From Chiloscyllium plagiosum (lineage: Eukaryota), in contig NC_057728.1 in NCBI RefSeq assembly GCF_004010195.1, positions 44,852,286 to 44,916,285 on the forward strand: 64,000 nt of DNA. The letters run 5' to 3'. Below the pieces are notes generated by a model, which saw only the letters and a program-made list of their open reading frames with translations, had not been told where the DNA came from and did not search any database. This document shows, one piece after another, positions 38,205-49,899 of this stretch. The position numbers were made by a program, and so were the translations under genes. Every line of letters begins with the position of its first letter. The stretch's first letter is position 1.

Positions 38205-38435
38205 AAGGCTTTGTACGAAGAAAAGCAAGGGAAGTCTCCATAGTGTCCTGATCATTATTTACCTCTCAACATAGAATCACAAGAAACAGATTATTTGATT
38301 GTTATCCTTTGCCATTTATGCAAGCTAGCTGTACACAAATTGGCATCAGTGTTTTTTACATTACAACAATAGCTGCACTTCCAATGTATTTTATTGGTTT
38401 TAAAGTATTATCCTGCAATTGTGAAATGCAGCGAA
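38205..38435 (+). mobile_element. Deu-domain SINE (SacSINE1-like) fragment
   Basis: gaagaaaagcaagggaagtctcc..gtgtcctg...caaattggc...tacattacaacaatagctgcacttc. Confidence 0.55.
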
Positions 38436-38958
38436 TAAAAAAAAAATTCTTTATTGGAGTGAAAACTGATGCTGATTATCCCCTCAATGTCTCTAATAGC
38501 AAGAAAATTACCTATTGAGGCCTACTTCCAAGCTATATTTCCTGCGAGTAATGCTTCTCACCTAATCATGGAAGCAGTCCTAACAGAGACCTGAAGCCTA
38601 CTTCCTACGGTCTTATTTTCATTCATTTTAATAGATGGGAAAGGGGAAATAAAGTGAAGAGTGCAGCTAAGCTCATAATATGTGCTCCCTGCAGACAATA
38701 CGCCAGAAATATGTATTTGTAAAATGACCCCTTCTGTCTACATGTGCACTTATCATGTAACATTCAGGATGAGGATTAGAATGTATTCTATTTTACATCT
38801 TGTGACAGCAGCAAGCACTGCCAGATCTATAGGAGGACAGTTATTAAAATTGTAGTATTCACCCTATATTCTCCTTACAAAGCAACTAAATCCCAACTCG
38901 AGGAGATCTATCACTTCTGCTATTAACATTCCGATTTTTGAATTATTTGTTCTTTCAG

Positions 38959-38993
38959 ACCTTTTGAATCAAGTACCAACTGTGCTGAATTTG
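38959..38993 (+). other. Candidate small exon (35 nt) of an unidentified transcript
   Basis: Acceptor ttatttgttctttcag, donor TTG|gtgagt; two open frames (PFESSTNCAEF or LLNQVPTVLNL); unique DNA. Confidence 0.45.
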
Positions 38994-40540
38994 GTGAGTT
39001 TTGCAATTATGAAATCATATCTTCTGGGAACCAAAGTGAAAGTGCCCAAACACACTTCACTTACGATCATTAACAGCTGCTAGAGATGGGAAAACTCCTA
39101 TTCCATCTTCTGGGCTGGATGCAAGCCCAGAGCTCACAGCAAAAAGAAAACTGTATGCTCTCAGATGTAACCAATCACACCCTTCACCTCCAGCTGATGG
39201 TTGCACTACTTGTTTCAAGCATAAAACTCAGAGGGGAATTTAACTATTGAACAGCAAACTAGCAAAACACACTGATAATGTCAGCCAACAGCCTAATGTC
39301 AGGCCCCAATGAAACACATGAAGTGGGCTGGAGGTACTAAGGGAATGTTCCATGAACCTCTCTGGATGAGATTTCATTCAATATACAATGGTCCAAACAA
39401 CTAAACAAAAGGTAGGTCTCCTTATTGTAAGAGTGGAAATAAATGGGAAGGTAGAATGTCCTTGTATTCTTTATGGAGCCCACAGAAACAGTCTTGCTCC
39501 TTCTGGCCCCACAATAATAATTAAACACTTTCTCCTGTTTTACTGCATTTCCAGGCTTGATTGGGTGGCCACTCCACTCACATGGCAGGTATAATCAAGC
39601 CTATTTTTCAAACATAGAAACTCTCTGCATAGATTAATGAGGCTCCTGCCTTGTGCACCTTGATGATACAAACATGCATTGCTCTGCAGCACTACCATCT
39701 CCATTCCAAATTTCACTCAGTTTGAGGGAGTTAAAATATCCTCAATATGTTATGGGTGGCGAGCTTGAAGTGGTTATGATTTTGTGTGTTGTTCTACTTA
39801 TTCCAAAACCAATAGAAATTTGGCTGAGAAAACTTAATTGTGGAATTTTGTCAGAAATGTTTAGGGAGATGTAACTTATCCAGTGGCAGTACTGGAGGAA
39901 GAGCAATGGATTCTCTTGAAGCCTTGACCAGTATTCCACTCTCAACAAACAGATTACCCAGACATTTGCCTCCTTTGCTACTTGTAGAACTCTACTGTAT
40001 TCAAAATTGACTGTCATGTCTGTCTCAATTCAACAGGGACATGACACCTCAGAAACCTTTCATTAGTTACCAAATGTTTTAGGACACCCAAAGGACATGG
40101 ATTATGTGATACAAAGCAAAGTCTTTCTTCTTTTTGTTTATGATCTTAATAAAAGAAATGGAGGAACTCAAACAAATACAAGGGTGAATGAATTGGATAC
40201 TTAAAACGTGTAGACCAAAGAAACTGAATTTGTTCTTACTGGAGAAGATCGTAAAGCAATATAATTCATTTTATAGGAATAGATGACATAGATATAAATT
40301 AATTTCTTAACTTCAATCGTGGCTGCAAGATTAGGGGCCATCGATTGAAAAGAGACAATTCTTGTACGATGCTAGACGTTTGAGGAATTGTTTTCTCTCC
40401 ATGTGTACAAAATGAGATTGTATATTGTCAGAGAGAGGCAATTGAATTCACCGAGCTCTTTTTAAATGGCATATGAGGAATATTTGGCAGGATGCAGGAT
40501 TTAAAGAAATTGACAGAGGTGATTCATAAGTTATGGAAAA

Positions 40541-41073
40541 CATAGAACATAGAAAAATACAGCACAGTACAGGCCCTTCGGCCCTCGATGTTGCACCGAT
40601 CCAAGCCCACCTAACCTACACTAGCCCACTATCCTCCATATGCCTATCCAATGCCCGTTTAAATGCCCATAAAGAGGACCTCAATCAAGTCACCCCTACA
40701 CCTTCTTTTCTCTAATGAAAACAGCCCTAAGTGTCTCAGTCTTTCCTCATACGATCTTCCTTCCATACCAGGCAACATCCTGGTAAACCTCCTCTGCACC
40801 CGTTCCAGTGCCTCCACATCCTTCCTATAGTATGGCGACCAAAACTGCACACAATATTCCAGATGCGGCCGCACCAGAGTTTTATACAACTGCATCATGA
40901 CCTCAGGACTCCGGAACTCAATTCCTCTACCAATAAAAGCCAGTACGCCATATGCCTTCTTCACCGCACTATTTACCTGGGTGGCAACTTTCAGAGATCT
41001 GTGTACATGGACACCAAGATCCCTCTGCTCATCCACACTACCAAGTATCCGACCATTAGCCCAGTACCCCGTC
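40541..41073 (-). mobile_element. CR1 LINE 3' end with internal deletion
   Basis: ORF 40659-41036 ...LYKTLVRPHLEYCVQFWSPYYRKDVEALERVQRRFTRM; catagaacatagaa tail. Confidence 0.93.
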
Positions 41074-42017
41074 TTTAAGGAGTTACTCAGTGCCTGCTAA
41101 GACTGTGTGCAGAAGCTCATTGTTTGGCTTTTCTTAACAGTGTAGTTGTATAAATTGTTTGCTTAGCAATTTTAGATTGGATCATTAGAAGGCCATAAAA
41201 GATAGCACTGCATTAAAGTGTCACCTTAAATAGAGTGCTCAAATCCTGAAATAGGCTTTGAACCTGTAATCATTCTAACCAAGCAACAAGCATGCTATCA
41301 GCGAGCTAAGCACTGAGGATTACAACAGTGGGCAGAATATTCAGAATTTGGGCTGTTTAATATATCAGAATTATACACAAACACAAAAAAGGGAAAAGAC
41401 GAACTGGTACTTTGAACCAGTCCCATCCCAATATAATGTAACACAAGAGCACATTCGGCATGACCTAAAGCTCCCTCCCATCACATTATATGCTGTACTA
41501 ATCCCTTATGTCAGCTCAGGGGAGAAACTTTAAGCTCTAGGGTAAATTTACAGAGTTAAAATCCACAGTGTTATATTCCTATCACAATAACTATCTGAAT
41601 AGAAGAAAAGTGCAGGGATGTGGGGATTGAGGTGGGGAGGGCAATATTGAATTGCTCCTTAAGATTGCCAGAATGTGGTGTTGAATTGTCTTATTCTGTA
41701 CTGTGATGATTCTGCGATTCCAAAACTAAGGGCTGACGATCTAGCAACAAGAGGAGCATTAAATGGCTCAGGGTGAGACTTCTGTCTTCACCTAGTGATA
41801 AAATTCTCCCATGAGAACCCTCTCAGCCCACTGGGAGCTGTGACCACTGCTCTGACTGTATCCAGTCTCCAGTGAGAAATACTAGCTACTGGATGATAGA
41901 CAAGTTGTGAAAGATTCTTTATGAGACCTGGAGTGAAGCCCCAACCAGGGAGGGGCTGAATGGGGTATGAAGATCTGGAAGCAGCATGCACTAGCTTTTC
42001 CAAAGGGTAACAATAAA

Positions 42018-42757
42018 TAGAGTCACAGAGTCATAGAGATGTACAGCATGGAAACAGACCCTTAGGTCCAATCTGTCCATGCTGACCAGATATCCCAACC
42101 CAATCTAGTCCCACCTACCAGCACCCGGCGCATATCCCACCAAACCCTTCCTATTCATATATCCATCCAAATGCCTCTTAAATGTTGCAATTGTACCAGC
42201 CTCCATCACATCCTCTGGCAGCTCATTCCATACATGTACCATCTTCTTCGTGAAAAAGTTGCCCCTTCGGTCTCTTTTATATCATTCCCCTCTCACCCTA
42301 AATCCATGCCCTCTAGTTCTGGACTCCCTGACCCCAGGGAAAAGACTTGATCTATTTCCTACCCATGCCCCTCATAATTTTGTAAACCTCTATAAGGTCA
42401 CCCCTCAGCCTCCGACGCTCCAGGAAAAACAGCCCTAGCCTGTTCAGCCTTTCCCAGTAGCTCAGATCCTCCAACCTTGGCAACATCCTTGTAAATCTTT
42501 TCTGAACCCTTTCAAGTTTCACAACATCTTTCCGATAAGAAGGAGACCAGAAATGCACGCAATATTCCAACAGCGGCCTAACCAATGTCCTGTACAGCCG
42601 CAACATGACCTCCCAACTCCTGTACTCAATACTCTGACCAATAAAGGAAAGCATACCAAACGCCTGCTTCACTATCCTATCTACCTGCGACTCCACTTTC
42701 AAGGAGCTATGAAGCTGCACTCCAAGGTCTCTTTGTACAGCAACACTCCCTAGGACC
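42018..42757 (-). mobile_element. HER1-like CR1 LINE 3' end
   Basis: ORF 42352-42720 C-terminal RT; 3' tail matches 57000-57198. Confidence 0.93.
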
Positions 42758-43135
42758 TGGAAAAAAATGAAGAAGGGCCTTTCATCAGAAAAGGGGCTGT
42801 GAAGTAGGCACTCTTCATTTCCTGCCCAAGGCCCAGGAAGGCTCAGGCCTCCTTGAAAGGCTTCCCATCCAACTTTGGCCTTCCCATGTGCCTGATATAT
42901 TTCAGCCTAGTGGGAAGTAGTCTTTAATTGGTTACTTAAGGATTTCAGTTGGTACAAGAATGGACAAGGCCAGTTGGTTGCTGTTAAATCATGACCAGGT
43001 CAGGAGTTGATAGTACAGACAACCACGGAATTTTACCAGGGCCCTGCCTGCAAATCCACAGACAAAGTACTGTAAAATTCTATCTCAGTAGGGTGTACAC
43101 TTGTGAATATCCAGTTCATGGTCAGATATGGTGGA

Positions 43136-43256
43136 GGAGAAAGTGAGGTCTGCAGACGCTGGAGATCAAAGCTGAAACTTTATTGCTGGAACAGCACAGC
43201 AGGTCAGGCAGCATCTAGGGAACAGAAGATTCGACGTTTCGGGCACATGCCCTTCT
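43136..43256 (-). mobile_element. Short Penelope-derived tail with hammerhead core
   Basis: 14-bp TSD tcagatatggtgga (43122-43135, 43257-43270); minus strand CTGAAGA-a-GGGCA-tg-TGCCC-GAAA-cGTC. Confidence 0.85.
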
Positions 43257-43361
43257 TCAGATATGGTGGACCATATCCAACACTACCAAGTCTCACCTCC
43301 TTTGCACCAAGTGATACACAATCATTCCAGAGTTAGAAGTTACCCTGACTTCTTCTCTTCT

Positions 43362-44600
43362 ATAAGACCAGAAGATATAGGAGCATAATTTGGCCATTCA
43401 GCCCATCAAGACTTCACAACCATTCAATCATGGCTGATATGCTTCTCAATCCCATTCTCCTGCCTTCTGTCTGTAACTCTTGATCTCCTTACTAATCAAG
43501 AAACTACACTTAACGAATTGACCTCCACAACCTTCTACGGCAATGAGTTCCACAGAGGCACCACACTCTGGCTAGAGAAATTCCTTCTCATCTCAGTTCA
43601 AAAGGGTCATCCCTTCACTTTAAGGGTATGCCCTCAGGTCCTAGTCTATCCTACTTGGGGAAACATCTTCTCCACACACTCTCTATCCATGTCTCTTAAT
43701 ATTCTGTAAGTTTCAATGAGATTCCCTCTCAACCTTTCAAACATCAAGTATACACCTAGAGTCCTCAACCATTCCTCATTTCGGAAGTGCTTTGTTCCTG
43801 GAATCATTTTTCTAAATGTCTGCTGGAGCCCTTCCAGTACGAGAGCATCCTTGACCAGAGCCTTATACAGCTTCAGCAATACATCCCAGCTCTTATACTC
43901 TAGCCCTTTTGAAACGAATGTTAATATTGCATTTGCCATCCTAAATGCCAACTGAACTGAATCTTAACCTTATGCGAATCCTGAACTGGAATCACAATTC
44001 TCTTTGTGCTTCAGATTTCTGAAGCCTTTCTCCATTTAGAAAATAGTCTATGCCTCTATTCTTCTTACCAAAGTGCATAACCTCCCACATTGTATTCCAT
44101 TTGCCACTTCTTTTCCCACTCTCCTAGCACGTCTAAGTCATTCTGTAACATTCCCGCTTCCTCAATACTACCTGCTGCTCCAACCATCTTTGTGTTATCT
44201 GTGAATTTAGCAGCAATGTCCTTGATTCCTTCATCCAGATTGTTAATGTATATTGTGAGTAGTTGTGGTCCCAGCACTGACCAGTTGCCATCCTTTCATA
44301 TCCCACTCTCTGTCTTCTGCCAGTTAGCCAATCTTCTATCCATGCTAGTACCTTGCCCATAATACCACAGACACGTATCTTACTTAGCAACCTCCTGTGC
44401 AGCATCTTGTCAAAGGTCTCCTAGAAACCCAAATAAATCATTCCTCCTAGCTTTCCTTTCACTAATTTGCTTGTTGCTTCCTCAAAATGTTCTTACTGAT
44501 TTGACGGGCATGACGTTCCCTTAACGAAATCGCGCTGATTAAGCCCTATTTGACCATACACTTCCAAGTACTCCACAGTCTCATCCATAATAATGGAAAT
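43362..44600 (-). mobile_element. CR1 LINE ORF2 3' half
   Basis: LHRRLLSKI..WIEDWLTGRRQRV; LGPQLLTIYINNLDEG..KFTDNTK; LKLYKALV. Confidence 0.9.
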
Positions 44601-45540
44601 TTCTTTACCAAATACATCTGTAAATCTCCTTTCTTTGCCCCTTCACCTTGAAAGTGAAGCACATGATTTCTTTGTCCCTAAGTTTGAAATCAAGGGTCAT
44701 TTGCCTTGATTGGCTAAATTACTTGATATCAGTTGAGAATAGCACTAATAGTGTGGGTTTGATTCCTGTCCTGGCTGAAGCAGATTTGAAACCTGCCTCC
44801 TTGCTCTAACCCAAAAAGCTGTCAGGAAAATGGCTCAGGATGAAGCATCATCAGACTATAAACTATGACCCTGCCTTCAGGCAGAGAACATGTGCATAGC
44901 AATGGCAGAATTGCAACTATTGATTCAGCTGTTTCTTCAGCTTTCCCTCATCTTCTGGGTCCAAACTTTCTGCTCCTCCTCTCCCCATGTACATCTTTTT
45001 TTAATTTCCCTCCTACGTACCATCGGGTTTTCTCTCAGATCCCCTTGCCCATAAGAGTCTTCTGCTGATTACTTGACCTTATTCCCACTAAACTGTTAAC
45101 CACCCAACTGATGTATTTTGATCATATATCACAGGGCACTAAAATCCACATCTGTTGTACTATTCCACCTGGAATCAAATATATGTCAAAAAGCAATCAT
45201 AGCAGTCTGGTTAACCGTGCTTTTCAGAAATATATTTAGTGATAATCTTTCTATTAGTACTAGTTACATTGTTTCTAAGCTTCCACAAAATTACATGAAA
45301 TAGGAACTTCAGAATTAATAAAACATTTTCTGTGCAAATAATATGATATTATTAAGTTCTTTCAATTAAAGTACAAGATGTTCTTTGTTCAAACTATATT
45401 TATTAACATTCTGATCTCAGACCAGTTATCTGCTATGTGCCTAAATCTTAAGCAGTAAAACTTCTCCATAAACCTCTGTCTTTTCCATGGCACTCCCTAA
45501 AATCCACGGCTTTTCTCTGTCCTCATATTTCCTTCCGTAG

Positions 45541-45584
45541 CGGTTGTCACATTTTGTCTTATAGCGCTCCTGTTGATGTGCGCA
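45541..45584 (+). other. Candidate small exon (44 nt) of an unidentified transcript
   Basis: Long pyrimidine tract cttttctctgtcctcatatttccttccgtag, donor GCA|gtaagt; CpGs retained; open frames VVTFCLIALLLMCA or GCHILSYSAPVDVR. Confidence 0.5.
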
Positions 45585-47345
45585 GTAAGTTAACAAAGTC
45601 ACTAATTGTAACATAATATTGAAGATGCTCGAAATCTGAAATAAAAACAGGAAATGCTGGAAGCACTTACCTGACCTGGCAGTACCTGTGGAAAGAGAAA
45701 CTGAGTTAGTACTTCGAGTCAACTATGACTCTTCAGTCAGACGTGGAGCATAAAACTTCCTTTTCTGTGAATAAAATACTTAATCCTTTGTGTTCCTTTT
45801 GTGGTTTCTGAAAAGGAACACTGATGAGGCTTCTCAATGTCTTGGAAACATGTATAGACAATAAATTACATCTTTAATGCAGTGAAATAAAGACAACATA
45901 CTTTTGCAGTTGTGAGCCCACCTCACTCATTATCACGTCACTGCTGTATCTCTAAAATTATGAATCATAATTATGAAAATGTGCAACCAACTGTAGAATT
46001 AATTCAATATAATGCAGACTCTTAAAGAGTATGTATGACTGGCCTAGTTTCCAGTAGCTAATTTTCTTCATCAGCTACATGAGTACATAATGTTCCTAAT
46101 TATGCAAATTTCATTATTACAGTAACAAATAATATTCAGGCTGGATACTACATTGCAAATATTCATATTTCTATAGTTGCATAATAAAATGCACTACCTT
46201 CCTGCTTTAAGGTGAATGGTCTGATTTATATGTTTGCAATTGACTGTTTTGACAGGCTAAAAGGATGTGAATTTCTATTCTGTCATCTGATATAATATTC
46301 AAATATTTAATTCTATAGAACAGTAAGTCTGCCTCAACCCATTGAGTAGAATAAAATGGCAAAGGGAGAGCCAGGCAATTTAATTTTAATTAAAAATTCA
46401 AGGTTTTGCTGGTACATTTGCTTAAACTGATCAAAGGGATCAGTGAGAAGTCGAGTTATCTCACTTTGTGCTGAACCAGAGAGCAATTATTCAATAAATA
46501 AAACAGCAGTTGGGTTAAAGAGAATCATGTTGCAGAAAATCTTAATAGGTCTAAGTTTCCCCAGCTACCACTGTTTTGGAAAACACAAATGTTTGTACAG
46601 GTTGCTTCAAAAGCTATAAATTCAAATAAACTATGTATTGATCCATTTTCAATTCCACCAATTATAAAAGGACTTGAATTTCTTCAGCTCAATGAATATT
46701 TTATTACATTCTTGTTTTGTGACAGCTGGCATTGCAAGTAACATTAGCTCCTAACAAAAGGAGAGCTTGACACAGCAGATTGCATTATCCACTTTCTAAC
46801 ACAATTTTGAACAAACTAGCTTTGATTCTGTAGCTATATTATCAAATGCTTGCTATGGATTGTAAGATGGAAGGGCCATCATATACTGTCCTGCAGATGC
46901 CTTTCATTTTTAGAACCAGTTGATTAGTACTGAACTATTGTTGATAACAGCACCAACTCTGCAAAAGGCCACGTAGATCTTTTTAATTCCGTGAATAAAA
47001 CTACAATTTGAAATCAAAGAGAATGAAAATCAGGGTTTTTTTTTTAACAGATTAGCAGACAAACAATGAAATTTAAAATCTATATCAATTGTTAAAAAAA
47101 ATGTAAATTTTCACTTGGTTAACTAATTTGCAAATTTTGCCAATATTAAAAGTGCTGTTAAAGCATAAAAATGGCTGACATTTGTTCAACCCACTAATTT
47201 CCCTAATGACCATAAGAGCATGGAATTGCAAAACACTGAATGAATCAGCAGATGAATCGAAGGTAAATTTTGTAATATTGTGCCTTCCTAAAGCAAGCAG
47301 CAAATTGTAAGTTCAATTGTTTGCTTTATTCATGCTGCCATCTAG

Positions 47346-47423
47346 TCCAACTGCAAAATACCTTACTACACTGCAATTATGGGCTTTATTTGTCTCTTTC
47401 CATTCAATTATTACAAATTGAAG
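47346..47423 (+). other. Candidate exon (78 nt, phase 0-0)
   Basis: Moderate acceptor tttattcatgctgccatctag, strong donor AAG|gtaagt; open frame SNCKIPYYTAIMGFICLFPFNYYKLK. Confidence 0.3.
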
Positions 47424-48123
47424 GTAAGTGTCAGACACTTTCCACAAACATTTGAAATAAATAGACAAGTGCATTGAATAATGGTCCACTGAGAGCACTT
47501 CAGTAAAGAAGCAGAGGTATTTACAAAGTACTTCAATCCCTAAAGCTTTTGTGATTGTTGTTTCAACAAGCACAACATAATTTGATGAATAACTAAGTAA
47601 CAAAAGAGTTTTTAATGTTTTAAAATCTAAATATGAAAGGGTGTTTTGAAGGAAATGTAAATTGAGTTCTGTCATGCTCACTGTGTTTACTCAGTAAATC
47701 TGGACAGTGTTTACTTCTGAAGTATTTTCATTCCTGTTTCTGGCATTCTTACTGGCCTAGCAACTTGAATGATTCGAAAACACACCGCCCGGATTCTTTA
47801 ATGGTCAGATAGTTGTTTCTGCAAAAGAAAGTTGTGCAATGGGATCCTGTGGAATTCCCAAATCCTCAGTCTCCAAGGAATTTGTCTTGACAATACAGAG
47901 CTCTTTCTTAATTTGATGAAAACATCCTGAGGCGATGGGATTGTGATTGCCATTTCTTGGGATTGGACACTTTGTAGCTTTGCTCATGGTAGGTATTATC
48001 CAACACTGGAATAAAATGTTACATCTTTGTGAAGTGTATACAAATCTGGAGAAATGGATAGTATGTTTTTTTTTAATCTACTTGATTCTCATTTCATTCA
48101 AATCAGTTGGTGAAATGAAATTA

Positions 48124-48430
48124 GACGGTACGGTGGCTCAGTGGTTAGCACTGCTGACTCACAGCACTAGGGTCCCAGGTTCGATTCCAACCTTGGGTGA
48201 CTGTCTGTTTGGAGTTTGCACATTCTGCGTGGGTTTCCTCCAGGTGCTTTGGTTTCCTCGCACAGTCACAAAGATGTGCAGGTCAGGTGAACTGGCCATG
48301 CTAAATTGTCCATAGCGTTAGCTGCATTAGTCAGAGGAAAATGGGTTTGGGTGGGTTACTCTTCGGAGGGTTGGTGTGGACTTGTTGGGCCGAAAGGCCT
48401 TTTCCACGCTGTAGGGAATCTAATCTAATT
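48124..48430 (+). mobile_element. HE1-type V-SINE
   Basis: tggctcagtggttagcac head, gttcgattcc box B, V-domain, aatctaatcta tail. Confidence 0.9.
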
Positions 48431-49899
48431 TAATGAGATAGGCAATTACTGTGCCAAAAGTGAAACTAAAACAATGCCTGCACTATTTTATAAGGAGACA
48501 GAGTACACAGGACTACCGAACTGCATGTGTCTGTAAGTCAGTCCATTTTAAGACCACAGGAGGTAATTGCTGTACCATCTTCAGTTCAATTAGTTCCTAA
48601 TTGTATATTTGCGAAATAATCAGATAAGTGAGAGATCAGACTGACATTCTTCTTTATAGTTGTATTTCTAATGGGGTGGTCTTGAACAAATTTTCTCCTT
48701 CTTTTCAAAAGATTTGGCTTTTTCTCATAATATTAATTATACTGATATTAAAGTGTAACATTTATATTCTGATTGGGCAATCTCAAAAGTTTACATCAAG
48801 TAAAATCATTTCACAAAAACAGAATGGATGAATTTCTGCGAGAGGTTCTTTGAAGTAGGAGAGTCTCAACAGAAGTTCAGTTCCAAGAATGATCTCAGGC
48901 ATTTCAATGAACATTTACTGTTAACTTTCTTGTCAGAAATTGTTTTGGAATTTCCAAGGAGATTCATAGATTCTTGCTTTCATCATAGCATCAGTCGAAG
49001 GTCAGAAATCCTGGAAGTGAGCTTTTTGCCAATCTTCTGCAAAGATTATTAAGTCTGATTGGGAGAACTCACAGAAGTTCCTATTCTATTTTCTCTCCTA
49101 TCATACTCTAAGGACTATCACTCACTCTTCTGCTTCCAGGCCATCTGACCAGTTCCAAAATTTAAAAAGTCCCATTGTATATTCTATCCCTTAAACCTTT
49201 GCCAAATAAAACTATGAAGCTCTCTATTGAATTTGCCAAGTTTCCGGTATTACTAAAGTGACATTGTTATAAGAAATAATGCAGCCTCCAGAAAGCACTC
49301 CTATAAAAGAGACCACCAGGAGAAGACCTCCCTTGCAGCCAGATGCCTTGGGCCACCACAGACAGCCCACCCAAGGCAAATATCCTCTGGAAGCAGGCCA
49401 GAGAAGGACAGCAAGTCTCAAAAGGGTAATATGCTTTCCTGACATAAGATCAGCAGTAAATTGAATTGAGAAATGGATCAGCTATTTTGTTTTTTTTCTT
49501 CACTCGTATTGTAAACCTAGCTTAGTTACTAGATGTCAGACTGTTAGTGATTCTTTAAGCGAAAACTGGACAGAGGTCAGAGTTACTACAGATCAAGGCC
49601 AGGGCTTAGAACAAGCTTAGAGTCAGAGCTAAAGTCACACTTAACCCTAGTTCAGAAGGTTACAAAGTACAGTCTATTATAAAGGGAATTATTTAGAGAA
49701 GTAGTAAGGTTATGCTCCAGTTGTAAAGGACTTTGCACCCTGTACAGAAAGCTTTGCACAATCAGAAGGGAGGGATCACACCTGGAGTGAGACAGCAACC
49801 CGATATAAATTGGAACCAGGGGCCCAGCGCCAATCAAACACTGACATCACAGAAAGGCCGTAAGTTCATTGCTTGAGGATAACTGTTAATTTGAATATC

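Noticed and set aside
47313..47681. 122-aa minus-strand ORF in unique DNA
   Set aside because: AT-rich, no recognisable domain or exon boundaries
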